From: a virus
Taxonomy: Duplodnaviria; Heunggongvirae; Uroviricota; Caudoviricetes
IMG/VR virus record: IMGVR_UViG_2698536618_000022
Coordinates: 1-12,119 of that record
Strand: one strand, 5' to 3'
DNA length: 12,119 nucleotides
Below, one piece after another: positions 1-7,348 of this stretch; within the stretch, counting starts at the first letter, position 1; the number at the start of each line of letters is the position of its first letter. Under the pieces are notes generated by a model. It saw nothing but the letters and a program-made list of their open reading frames with translations, ran no database searches and was not told the DNA's origin. Position numbers and translations under genes: made by a program.

Positions 1-1248
1 ATGGCACTGAATATTCCATTCAGAAATGCGTACTATCGTTTTGCATCCAGTTACTCATTTCTCTTTTTTATTTCCTGGTCGCTGTGGTGGTCGTTATACG
101 CTATTTGGCTGAAAGGACATCTAGGGTTGACAGGGACGGAATTAGGTACACTTTATTCGGTCAACCAGTTTACCAGCATTCTATTTATGATGTTCTACGG
201 CATCGTTCAGGATAAACTCGGTCTGAAGAAACCGCTCATCTGGTGTATGAGTTTCATCCTGGTCTTGACCGGACCGTTTATGATTTACGTTTATGAACCG
301 TTACTGCAAAGCAATTTTTCTGTAGGTCTAATTCTGGGGGCGCTATTTTTTGGCTTGGGGTATCTGGCGGGATGCGGTTTGCTTGATAGCTTCACCGAAA
401 AAATGGCGCGAAATTTTCATTTCGAATATGGAACAGCGCGCGCCTGGGGATCTTTTGGCTATGCTATTGGCGCGTTCTTTGCCGGCATATTTTTTAGTAT
501 CAGTCCCCATATCAACTTCTGGTTGGTCTCGCTATTTGGCGCTGTATTTATGATGATCAACATGTGTTTTAAAGATAAGGATCACCAGTGCGTAGCGGCG
601 GATGCGGGAGGGGTAAAAAAAGAGGATTTTATCGCAGTTTTCAAGGATCGAAACTTCTGGGTTTTCGTCATATTTATTGTGGGGACGTGGTCTTTCTATA
701 ACATTTTTGATCAACAACTTTTTCCTGTCTTTTATGCAGGTTTATTCGAATCACACGATGTAGGAACGCGCCTGTATGGTTATCTCAACTCATTCCAGGT
801 GGTACTCGAAGCGCTATGCATGGCGATTATTCCTTTCTTTGTGAATCGGGTAGGGCCAAAAAATGCATTACTTATCGGTGTTGTGATTATGGCGTTGCGT
901 ATCCTTTCCTGCGCGCTGTTCGTTAACCCCTGGATTATTTCATTAGTGAAGCTGTTACATGCTATTGAGGTTCCACTTTGTGTCATATCCGTCTTCAAAT
1001 ACAGCGTGGCAAATTTTGATAAGCGCCTGTCGTCGACGATCTTTCTGATTGGTTTTCAAATTGCCAGTTCGCTTGGGATTGTGCTGCTTTCAACGCCGAC
1101 TGGGATACTCTTTGACCACGCAGGCTACCAGACAGTTTTCTTCGCAATTTCGGGTATTGTCTGCCTGATGTTGCTATTTGGCATTTTCTTCCTGAGTAAA
1201 AAACGCGAGCAAATAGTTATGGAAACGCCTGTACCTTCAGCAATATAG
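1..1248 (+). CDS. cscB: sucrose:H+ symporter, MFS oligosaccharide/H+ symporter family (LacY-like)
   Basis: 415-aa ORF beginning at window position 1; polytopic hydrophobic profile typical of a 12-TM MFS permease; N-terminus MALNIPFRNAYYRF... matches my recollection of E. coli CscB; family-level similarity to LacY. Confidence 0.85.
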   Translation: MALNIPFRNAYYRFASSYSFLFFISWSLWWSLYAIWLKGHLGLTGTELGTLYSVNQFTSILFMMFYGIVQDKLGLKKPLIWCMSFILVLTGPFMIYVYEPLLQSNFSVGLILGALFFGLGYLAGCGLLDSFTEKMARNFHFEYGTARAWGSFGYAIGAFFAGIFFSISPHINFWLVSLFGAVFMMINMCFKDKDHQCVAADAGGVKKEDFIAVFKDRNFWVFVIFIVGTWSFYNIFDQQLFPVFYAGLFESHDVGTRLYGYLNSFQVVLEALCMAIIPFFVNRVGPKNALLIGVVIMALRILSCALFVNPWIISLVKLLHAIEVPLCVISVFKYSVANFDKRLSSTIFLIGFQIASSLGIVLLSTPTGILFDHAGYQTVFFAISGIVCLMLLFGIFFLSKKREQIVMETPVPSAI

Positions 1249-1688
1249 ACGTAAACTTTTCCGGTTGTTGTCGATATCTCCCTATCCCTCAACCGGAAAA
1301 TAATAATACTAAAGTGCTTAGCCCTGCTAATAATCACCTAATCCAAACGCCTCATTCATGTTCTGGTACAGTCGCTCAAATGTACTTCAGATGCGCGGTT
1401 CGCTGATTTCCAGGACATTGTCGTCATTCAGCGACCTGTCCCGTGTATCACGGTCCTGCGAATTCATCAAGGAATGCATTGCGGAGTGAAGTATCGAGTC
1501 ACGCCATATTTCGCTATCAGGATTCTGTGTGATGGTTACATCGCCCGGCCCAGGGCTGTTTAGTCATCAGCGCTTTCTGACAGTGCTGAGATTTCAACCT
1601 GTTGCAGTAAAAATGAGTAGATATAAGGCAAGTGTGCTGCCAAACCTATCTTTTACGGGGTGAAGGTAGATTTCGTTTGAAGGGTATC

Positions 1689-1735
1689 TGGTGTCCCCTG
1701 CAGACATCTACTTGAAGCTGCAGGGGATTGATTGG
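1689..1735 (-). other. prophage attachment site core (attR-type junction): 15-nt identity to 3' end of tRNA-Arg (CTGCAGGGGACACCA) preceded by a degenerate T-arm-like copy
   Basis: plus strand 1689-1703 tggtgtcccctgcag is the reverse complement of the argW 3' end as I recall it; upstream on the minus strand TGCAG..CTGCA resembles a diverged T-stem; located 75 bp from the excisionase gene. Confidence 0.6.
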
Positions 1736-1776
1736 AATGGTGTTTTTTAGATGTGAGAAATATTTTACCCGCTATT

Positions 1777-1977
1777 TTACCCATTGGCGCGGCTTAAGAG
1801 CTTATTTTTGAATTCACAATGGTCACGATATAACCATCTTGCTCGCCCGTGGATAACTTTGGCTTTAGGCAGGTCGCCGGACTTAATCCGGTCATAGATG
1901 AAGGTTTTACCGAAGCCAGTATCGGCCATGATGAATTTCAAATCAACCAGTGAATCAGGTTGTAGTTCGTGTTGCAT
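1777..1977 (-). CDS. torI: excisionase / TorR inhibitor TorI (AlpA/Xis-family winged-helix DNA-binding protein)
   Basis: 66-aa ORF MQHELQPDSLVDLKFIMADTGFGKTFIYDRIKSGDLPKAKVIHGRARW...; matches remembered KplE1 TorI; AlpA-like helix-turn-helix core; GGAG SD about 10 nt upstream of the ATG. Confidence 0.85.
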   Translation of the reverse strand: MQHELQPDSLVDLKFIMADTGFGKTFIYDRIKSGDLPKAKVIHGRARWLYRDHCEFKNKLLSRANG

Positions 1978-2020
1978 GAGTGCTATCTCCGAATAGGGAA
2001 TCGAACCTGCAAATCAGGCA

Positions 2021-2042
2021 ATAAAAAACCGCCATCAGGCGG
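2021..2042 (-). terminator. rho-independent terminator (minus strand) downstream of the 55-aa ORF
   Basis: minus-strand hairpin CCGCC-TGAT-GGCGG followed by TTTTTTATT; the stop codon lies within the stem. Confidence 0.55.
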
Positions 2043-2202
2043 CTTGGTGTTCTTTCAGTTCTTCAATTCGAATATTGGTTACGTCTGCATGTGCTATCTG
2101 CGCCCATATCATCCAGTGGTCATAGCAGTCGTTGATGTCCTCTGCTTCGATAACCCTGTCGAATGGCTCTCCATTCCATTCACCTGTGACTCGGAAGTGC
2201 AT
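2035..2202 (-). CDS. hypothetical small protein (55 aa)
   Basis: ATG at 2200-2202 with GGAGA SD 6 nt upstream; below the 60-aa cutoff of the ORF track; flanked by terminators on both sides; MHFRVTGEWNGEPFDRVIEAEDINDCYDHWMIWAQIAHADVTNIRIEELKEHQAA. Confidence 0.5.
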   Translation of the reverse strand: MHFRVTGEWNGEPFDRVIEAEDINDCYDHWMIWAQIAHADVTNIRIEELKEHQAA

Positions 2203-2215
2203 TTATCATCTCCAT

Positions 2216-2239
2216 AAAACAAAACTCGCTGTAGCGAGT
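2216..2239 (-). terminator. rho-independent terminator (minus strand) between the ASCH gene and the 55-aa ORF
   Basis: minus-strand hairpin ACTCGC-TACA-GCGAGT followed by TTTTGTTTT. Confidence 0.55.
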
Positions 2240-2274
2240 TCAGATAAAAGAAATCCCCGCGAGTGCGAGGATTG

Positions 2275-2559
2275 TTATTCATTGCCGATATTCACTTTTA
2301 TCGCGAACACCTTTACCGGTTTATCACCGAAGTGCGGATGTGTGATTGTCTTGATTTCATATCCACCATACGGAACATCAATTCTGCGACTGGAATCGTC
2401 GCGCTTCGGATATCCCTTTGTGATAATCAGGCGGTCATACTTACGGTTAACGAGGCGCTTATTCCAGTAGTCATTACACAGGCGATACTCTTCCGTTTTA
2501 TCTCCGCGAATCATGGCATCGAAGTATTCACCTTTGACGGCAAGTTGTAGGTTAGCCAC
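2275..2559 (-). CDS. ASCH-domain protein (PUA-like beta-barrel), GTG start
   Basis: 94-aa ORF; GDKTEEYR fits the ASCH GxKxxExR signature; AGGAGG SD 6 nt upstream of the GTG; start overlaps the stop of the upstream Ea22-like gene. Confidence 0.65.
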   Translation of the reverse strand: MANLQLAVKGEYFDAMIRGDKTEEYRLCNDYWNKRLVNRKYDRLIITKGYPKRDDSSRRIDVPYGGYEIKTITHPHFGDKPVKVFAIKVNIGNE

Positions 2560-3574
2560 GGTTAACCTCCTGAGGCGGTTCTGGTAGAGGCATCCAGTGG
2601 GTTACATTGCTAATCAGACCATATTCATTAGTTTGAGGATGGTTGCCGCTATCGTCTCCGTATTTAAGACTCTCCATAAAGCCATAATGCCTATCCCCAT
2701 TAACGCTCACAAAGCCGTAATAAGCTGGTATAACGCCGATCTCACACGTAATCAGCAAAGGAAAACTAGTTCTCCAATTTAGCTCGCCGATTACAGGCAT
2801 TCTCTCACTACAGCTTATCCAACCATCCTTAATGCAATTACCTTGACTCTGAAGCATAGCGGCACGACAGGCGTTCCAGCCTCTCACCTCTGCAATAGCG
2901 GCAACAGCATCAACCGCGTACATGCTAAGAGGGTTAGGCATTGGTTTTTCTTCCGGTACTACTGGCGATGGCTGTTTGGCTTCTAAATCAGCAATTCTGT
3001 CAACCACGGCATCGACAGCATCTGAAAAACCGAACCAGTTACTCCACTCCGGCCTATCCCCGGTTGCTGCAAAATACATATCAGCCAAAGCAGCCTCAGC
3101 ATGGTCACGCTCGTTGATGAGTTGCTCTTCGCTTTTCTCCAGTTCAGCAATACGCTTACTCCCATCCGAGATAACGCCTTCGTAATACTCACGCTGCTCG
3201 TTGAGTTTTGATTTTGTCTCCTCAAGCTCAACACGCAGTTTCCCTACCGTTAGCGCAATATCCTCGTTCTCCTGGTCGCGGCGTTTGATGTATTGCTGGT
3301 TTCTTTCCCGTTCATCCAGCAGTGCCAGCACAATAGCCGGATTGGCTGCAGCGATGAATTCAGCATTGGCCTGCTGTTCCATTTGGAAATCTTCATCGAA
3401 ACCGCTTTCTGGATGCGCTCCTTCAATTCTGCAAATGGGAATATATCCAGCAACTTCACGATGAATTAGCGCATCATCACCATCAAATCGGCTCTCTCCA
3501 TATTCGAGCGACCACTCACCACACGTTGCTTTTTCTGCCGCTTCACGCAGTGCCTGATAGTCAATCTTGCTCAC
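2552..3574 (-). CDS. Ea22-like early protein: N-terminal Ead domain, central coiled coil, C-terminal DUF551-like domain
   Basis: 340-aa ORF; N-terminus MSKIDYQALREAAEKATCGEW and motif IAAANPAIVLALLDE are typical of lambda Ea22-family proteins; GTG start with GGAG SD. Confidence 0.75.
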   Translation of the reverse strand: MSKIDYQALREAAEKATCGEWSLEYGESRFDGDDALIHREVAGYIPICRIEGAHPESGFDEDFQMEQQANAEFIAAANPAIVLALLDERERNQQYIKRRDQENEDIALTVGKLRVELEETKSKLNEQREYYEGVISDGSKRIAELEKSEEQLINERDHAEAALADMYFAATGDRPEWSNWFGFSDAVDAVVDRIADLEAKQPSPVVPEEKPMPNPLSMYAVDAVAAIAEVRGWNACRAAMLQSQGNCIKDGWISCSERMPVIGELNWRTSFPLLITCEIGVIPAYYGFVSVNGDRHYGFMESLKYGDDSGNHPQTNEYGLISNVTHWMPLPEPPQEVNRG

Positions 3575-3815
3575 TGGTTGACTCCTGCTTCTCTGCCTTC
3601 AACACCATGCGAGAACCATCATCCAGCCCCCACGCGATCTCACCACCTTCAGCCATGACCAGTCGCCACACCAATTGAGCAGCCTCATTGGTAACATCAC
3701 GACCTGGATCATTGCCAACGCGCATACATCCACCTTCAACATCGCGCATTTTTGCCAGCATGATAGTTTTTGATAGCGGTGAAAAACCAAGCTGTAGTCG
3801 TGCTGAATTACTCAC
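3561..3815 (-). CDS. hypothetical protein (84 aa), GTG start
   Basis: ORF with GGAGG SD upstream of the GTG; start region ggaggcaaccaGTGag is near-identical to that of the Ea22-like gene; overlaps neighbouring genes as in coupled phage operons. Confidence 0.5.
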   Translation of the reverse strand: MSNSARLQLGFSPLSKTIMLAKMRDVEGGCMRVGNDPGRDVTNEAAQLVWRLVMAEGGEIAWGLDDGSRMVLKAEKQESTSEQD

Positions 3816-4119
3816 TGGTTGCCTCCTTTGCTGGGCTTTCTAACTTCTGAGTGGTTGTATCAAACTCAAACAACTTAACCACGTCATCAAACAGGACATA
3901 ATCGCCATCAGAATCTTCAGTCATGTCAGCGCCACAATCCTGACCGAACGAGTCACAACCATCCATATCAAGCTCGTATCGCTTGAGTTTTGCGATATTT
4001 GATAAATTCAGCGCCAGTACAGCAAGGTCATAAACCTCATCAGCGGTATACCCGGCACCATGCCCATACATTTCAATACGGGATATGATTTCTTCTACAC
4101 GTTGTTTTGTGATCGTCAT
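3808..4119 (-). CDS. hypothetical protein (103 aa), acidic C-terminal half
   Basis: ATG with GGAAGGTGAG SD; ATGA start/stop overlap with the upstream gene. Confidence 0.6.
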   Translation of the reverse strand: MTITKQRVEEIISRIEMYGHGAGYTADEVYDLAVLALNLSNIAKLKRYELDMDGCDSFGQDCGADMTEDSDGDYVLFDDVVKLFEFDTTTQKLESPAKEATSE

Positions 4120-4598
4120 TTTTGCTCACCTTCCTGTTCTTCCAGAAAAATACGCATAGCCTCAAGCATCTCTTCGGTGTCATACGGTGGCAACTTGTCA
4201 CGCAGGATGTGTTCAATGCTGTTAATGAACTTGCGGATTGCTTTGCGTTCAATTTCAGCCAGGAAAGCGTCGGTGGCTGGGGTTTCCGTGAAGTTGTCCT
4301 CCCAACCGTAGTACTCCTGACGACAGAAGTTATTAAATTCCTTCTCCGACTGTTTAAGCTCCGCATTCTCTGCTGCCAGCGCCGAAAACTTCTCGTGTGC
4401 CAACTTAACAGCTGCATCAGCCTGCTTAATTGACTCAATCGCTTTCTGGTGGTCTTCGTACAGAGCCGAAATCTTGGCCTCCGCTTCAGCAAATTTACGC
4501 ACCAGATATTCAGCGTTTGTTTCGTTAACCTTTAAATCATTTGGGATGCATTTACCTTTCAGAAATCCATCCATCTCAATTAGTGACATTTGTTTCAT
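4116..4598 (-). CDS. hypothetical coiled-coil protein (about 160 aa from the ATG at 4598; track ORF extends to a GTG at 4616)
   Basis: long helical, heptad-like sequence ([47 protein letters not shown]); ATG at 4596-4598 overlaps the stop of the upstream ORF (ATGA). Confidence 0.6.
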   Translation of the reverse strand: MKQMSLIEMDGFLKGKCIPNDLKVNETNAEYLVRKFAEAEAKISALYEDHQKAIESIKQADAAVKLAHEKFSALAAENAELKQSEKEFNNFCRQEYYGWEDNFTETPATDAFLAEIERKAIRKFINSIEHILRDKLPPYDTEEMLEAMRIFLEEQEGEQK

Positions 4599-4759
4599 TT
4601 CTTCCCACTCCGCCACATCGCATTCAGATATTTGTTTTGATTCACTGACGGAAAAGAATTTCTCTTAAGCAATTCCTCTCTCGATGGCATTGGCTTTACG
4701 CGTTGGCGAATAATCATTTCTGCCGGAAGAATGCCGGGATTGTATGCAAGTCCTCTCAT
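4595..4759 (-). CDS. hypothetical small protein (54 aa)
   Basis: ATG at 4757-4759 preceded by GAGGAA SD at 7 nt; the longer track ORF (to 4912) overlaps the neighbouring gene out of frame and is probably an artefact. Confidence 0.4.
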   Translation of the reverse strand: MRGLAYNPGILPAEMIIRQRVKPMPSREELLKRNSFPSVNQNKYLNAMWRSGKK

Positions 4760-4769
4760 GGTAAATTCC

Positions 4770-5066
4770 TCAGTCATTACTGATAGCGCCATAGCGTGAG
4801 CGGTAATTACGCAGGCGCGGGTCGATATATTCAGGGAAGTGGGTATATGTGGCTTTGCGGAATGGTCGGATTGATGTCTGGTAAATTCGCTCGCGTTCTT
4901 CTTTCTCTGCAAGCCATATACAGTGGCGAAATTCCTTTTCCTCTTTTGTTTCCTGCGGTAGCGACATTATCCGGTCGTAGTTTTTTCTGAATTTATCCAG
5001 CACCTCCGATACGGAATTGCCGGAACAGCGGCGCGGGTCATCCGCACCATACAGAGGCGCTGGCAT
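4770..5066 (-). CDS. hypothetical basic protein (98 aa)
   Basis: ATG with AAGGAT SD; occupies the position directly distal to the ssb/erf recombination module. Confidence 0.55.
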   Translation of the reverse strand: MPAPLYGADDPRRCSGNSVSEVLDKFRKNYDRIMSLPQETKEEKEFRHCIWLAEKEERERIYQTSIRPFRKATYTHFPEYIDPRLRNYRSRYGAISND

Positions 5067-5089
5067 AATGGAATCCTTATTTTGCTACT

Positions 5090-5473
5090 TTAGAAGGGAA
5101 TTGAATCGTCGTATTCAGGAGTGTTCTGCTGGTTACTACTTTGCTGCTGCGGGCCATTTCCTGAAGTTGCAAATCCAATCTTTGCATTCAGTAATTCAAG
5201 AGTGATTGATTGACCATTTTGCCCCTGATAAACATCAACCCTGATGTTTTCTCCGGTAATTTCCACAATGCCACCTTCAACAAGAACACTACGGTAGTAA
5301 TCAGCTTGCGCTCCCGGCTTGGCAAATACAACGGCGCTGTAGTTTGTCCATTCTTTCTTTTTTGTCTGGCGGTCGTAATACTGAACGCCAGCACGGATAT
5401 TGAATCCGATATTTTCACCGGCCTGAAACTCTCTTGCGGGTTTGTTTAGTCTTACTGTAATCGAATGTGCCAT
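5090..5473 (-). CDS. ssb: single-stranded DNA-binding protein-like (OB fold, C-terminal tail ...PEYDDSIPF)
   Basis: 127 aa from MAHSITV; C-terminal DDSIPF resembles the E. coli SSB tip DDDIPF; Gly/Gln-rich linker before the tail; start overlaps the erf stop (TAATG). Confidence 0.65.
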   Translation of the reverse strand: MAHSITVRLNKPAREFQAGENIGFNIRAGVQYYDRQTKKKEWTNYSAVVFAKPGAQADYYRSVLVEGGIVEITGENIRVDVYQGQNGQSITLELLNAKIGFATSGNGPQQQSSNQQNTPEYDDSIPF

Positions 5474-6078
5474 TAAGCTATTGCCCCTTCTAATTCGTCT
5501 CGTCTGATGTTGTAAACGTCCTGCGCTTTGTGCTGCTCCGGTGTGCCTTCGAGCATCTTCCATGCTTTGGCGAACGCCTGTTTAAGCTCTTCTACGGTGT
5601 TTTTCTGCATTGCTGCGTCAGTGAATGCTTTTAGAACCTGTTCAGGTGTAGGTAATGGTTTTGATTGCTTTGCTGCTGCGTTCTGCTGATGTTTATGCTC
5701 GTCTGTATCTGCATCTTTCGCATCATCAATGCCGAACAAACCATTGAGGCAATACTTTCGTGCATAAGAGCTTGTAGCTCCCGTAACTTGTGCAGAATCC
5801 ATTCCTTTCTTGCTTTCTTCCTCTCGTGCAAGAGCGGTTGCCGTATGACTGTTTTCGCCATCGGTAATAGTTGCCGTGGCTTTCACGTAATACCGATCAC
5901 CAATCAACACAACTTCATCGCTGATTGATAAAAACAGACCATTCAGTAGCGGCTTAACGCTTTCAAGAATATCTTCGCAGCTTCTGTATTTATATTTACC
6001 GAATGAGTTGTACTGATTTTTGGGCGCATTCAGATTCTCCTGAATGGCTGCCAGTCTTGCGTAAAATTCTTTGCTCAT
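5473..6078 (-). CDS. erf: Erf-family single-strand annealing recombinase (P22 essential recombination function)
   Basis: MSKEFYARLAAIQENLNAPKNQYNSFGKYKYRSCEDILE... matches remembered P22 Erf; start taken at the ATG at 6076-6078 (the track ORF starts at an upstream TTG at 6108). Confidence 0.85.
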   Translation of the reverse strand: MSKEFYARLAAIQENLNAPKNQYNSFGKYKYRSCEDILESVKPLLNGLFLSISDEVVLIGDRYYVKATATITDGENSHTATALAREEESKKGMDSAQVTGATSSYARKYCLNGLFGIDDAKDADTDEHKHQQNAAAKQSKPLPTPEQVLKAFTDAAMQKNTVEELKQAFAKAWKMLEGTPEQHKAQDVYNIRRDELEGAIA

Positions 6079-6179
6079 ATGTTTGTTCTCAGAATGGACA
6101 CGGCCCAAGGAAATAACGCTGGTTTAATACTTCGACTCGTGACAAATTAAGGCATACCCGCATTCCTTCGCGGTCGCCA

Positions 6180-6338
6180 TTATGGCGATACCAGAGAGCT
6201 TTCTGCGTGTACATGCGTCTCTGTAACTTGCTCTCCTTCACTGTGGTTGCAAGTGACATAAATATCTCCTTCGTTACCGATTAATTCTTTCATCTGACGA
6301 ATGAATTCTTCGTCTGACCAGTTATCTGTAAAACTCAT
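6180..6338 (-). CDS. small protein (52 aa) in the position of P22 arf (between erf and kil)
   Basis: ORF MSFTDNWSDEEFIRQMKELIGNEGDIYVTCNHSEGEQVTETHVHAESSLVSP; ATG overlaps the kil stop (ATGA); assignment by position only. Confidence 0.4.
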   Translation of the reverse strand: MSFTDNWSDEEFIRQMKELIGNEGDIYVTCNHSEGEQVTETHVHAESSLVSP

Positions 6339-6457
6339 TTCCTGCGATACCATGGAAGGTTGATAGCTGATTTCATCGCTTTATTTGCTTCAAGCCACAT
6401 TTTGGAATCACCAATAAATCTGGCTATTACTGCTTTGTTCTGTGCTGCACGAAGCAT
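6335..6457 (-). CDS. kil: Kil-like host-killing/cell-division inhibitor peptide (40 aa)
   Basis: MLRAAQNKAVIARFIGDSKMWLEANKAMKSAINLPWYRRK; the FIGD-x-KM motif resembles lambda Kil as I recall it; sits immediately downstream of cIII as in lambda and P22. Confidence 0.5.
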   Translation of the reverse strand: MLRAAQNKAVIARFIGDSKMWLEANKAMKSAINLPWYRRK

Positions 6458-6471
6458 CTGGTGATTGATGG

Positions 6472-6606
6472 CTATTTCATTGCGCATAACGCCTCCAGTT
6501 GTTTCTTTGCTGCTCTGATTAATTGTTTAACTCGGCGTGATAATTCAGATTCGTGCGGGTAGAAAGCGGACATGACGCCGCTACCCGCGAGCTGAAAGTG
6601 CATCAT
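6472..6606 (-). CDS. cIII: CIII-like regulator (FtsH/HflB inhibitor that stabilises CII)
   Basis: start taken at MMHFQLAGSGVMSAFYPHESELSRRVKQLIRAAKKQLEAL with AAGGAG SD 6 nt upstream; this aligns with the lambda CIII core as I recall it (...IAGWPVAGCPSESLLERITRKLRDGWKRL). Confidence 0.7.
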   Translation of the reverse strand: MMHFQLAGSGVMSAFYPHESELSRRVKQLIRAAKKQLEALCAMK

Positions 6607-6681
6607 GGGTAACTCCTTATATTTGATTGCATAACGAAAATGCCTCTCGTGAAGCATTATTGGTATGCGGTAAAGCCGCGC

Positions 6682-7050
6682 TCAGGCGGCTTTGATAGTC
6701 ATATCATCTGAATCAAATATTCCAGATGTGTCGATATCGGTAATTCTTATTCCTTCGCTACCATCCATTGGAGGCCATCCTTCCTGACCATTTCCATCAT
6801 TCCAGTCGAACTCACACACAACACCATATGCATTTAAGTCGCTTGAAATTGCTATAAGCAGAGCATGTTGCGCTAGCATGATTAATACAGCATTTAATAC
6901 AGAGCCGTGTTTTTTGAGTCTGTATTCAGAGTCTGACCAGAAATTATTAATCTGGTGAAGTTTTTCCTCTGTCATTACGTCATGGTCGATTTCAATTTCT
7001 ATTGATGCTTTCCAGTCGTAATCAATGATGTATTTTTTGATGTTTGACAT
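6682..7050 (-). CDS. hypothetical protein (122 aa)
   Basis: ATG with GAGGA SD; preceded on its transcript by a strong intrinsic terminator. Confidence 0.6.
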   Translation of the reverse strand: MSNIKKYIIDYDWKASIEIEIDHDVMTEEKLHQINNFWSDSEYRLKKHGSVLNAVLIMLAQHALLIAISSDLNAYGVVCEFDWNDGNGQEGWPPMDGSEGIRITDIDTSGIFDSDDMTIKAA

Positions 7051-7068
7051 CTGTTCATATCCTCATAG

Positions 7069-7098
7069 ATAAAAAATTGCCCTCACATCGGAGGGCAA
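7069..7098 (-). terminator. rho-independent terminator (minus strand)
   Basis: minus-strand hairpin TTGCCCTC-CGATGT-GAGGGCAA followed by TTTTTTAT. Confidence 0.65.
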
Positions 7099-7243
7099 AG
7101 AAGATTTCCAATAATCAGAACAAGTCGGCTCCTGTTTAGTTACGAGCGACATTGCTCACATAGCAGACTCGTAAATCTGCTATAGGCGCTTATTCGCACC
7201 GCATGACAACATCAAATTTTTCGAGATTACTTTGTCGCAACAA

Positions 7244-7348
7244 TCACTCTTCTACGCGGTCAGCTTTTCTATAATTATCAAATTCGAAATGTTTAATTAC
7301 TTCTTTCGTTTCTCGCTCTATAACTTCAACGATGTATTTCTTATTCAT
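7244..7348 (-). CDS. hypothetical small protein (34 aa)
   Basis: ATG overlaps the stop of the upstream Ead-like gene (TAATG); MNKKYIVEVIERETKEVIKHFEFDNYRKADRVEE; no independent SD, coupling only. Confidence 0.3.
   Translation of the reverse strand: MNKKYIVEVIERETKEVIKHFEFDNYRKADRVEE

Noticed and set aside
1261-1296. Hairpin downstream of cscB as an intrinsic terminator
   Set aside because: The loop is about 22 nt and no U-tract follows on the plus strand; too weak to call.
350-1337. ORFs inside or antisense to cscB (350-553+, 532-717-, 780-998-, 1125-1337-)
   Set aside because: Contained within the permease gene in other frames or strands; no independent support.
1689-1770. Possibility of an intact tRNA gene at the junction
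   Set aside because: Only the last 15 nt match the tRNA; the upstream sequence cannot form an acceptor stem, D-arm or anticodon arm, so this is an att core remnant rather than a tRNA gene.
1969-4433. Plus-strand ORFs in the left arm (e.g. 1969-2217, 2132-2470, 2263-2550, 2597-2782, 2922-3185, 3201-3464, 4060-4311, 4122-4433)
   Set aside because: They lie antisense to well-supported minus-strand phage genes that have SDs and coupled starts; they lack ribosome-binding sites and are best explained as shadow ORFs.
4474-5928. Further overlapping ORFs (4474-4668+, 4796-4990+, 5017-5205+, 5188-5418-, 5210-5449+, 5631-5861-, 5665-5928+)
   Set aside because: Embedded in or antisense to erf, ssb and neighbouring genes, in alternative frames, without start signals.
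6109-6180. 18-codon ORF between the Arf-like gene and erf
   Set aside because: Too short, no SD; more likely untranslated spacer carrying the erf ribosome-binding region.
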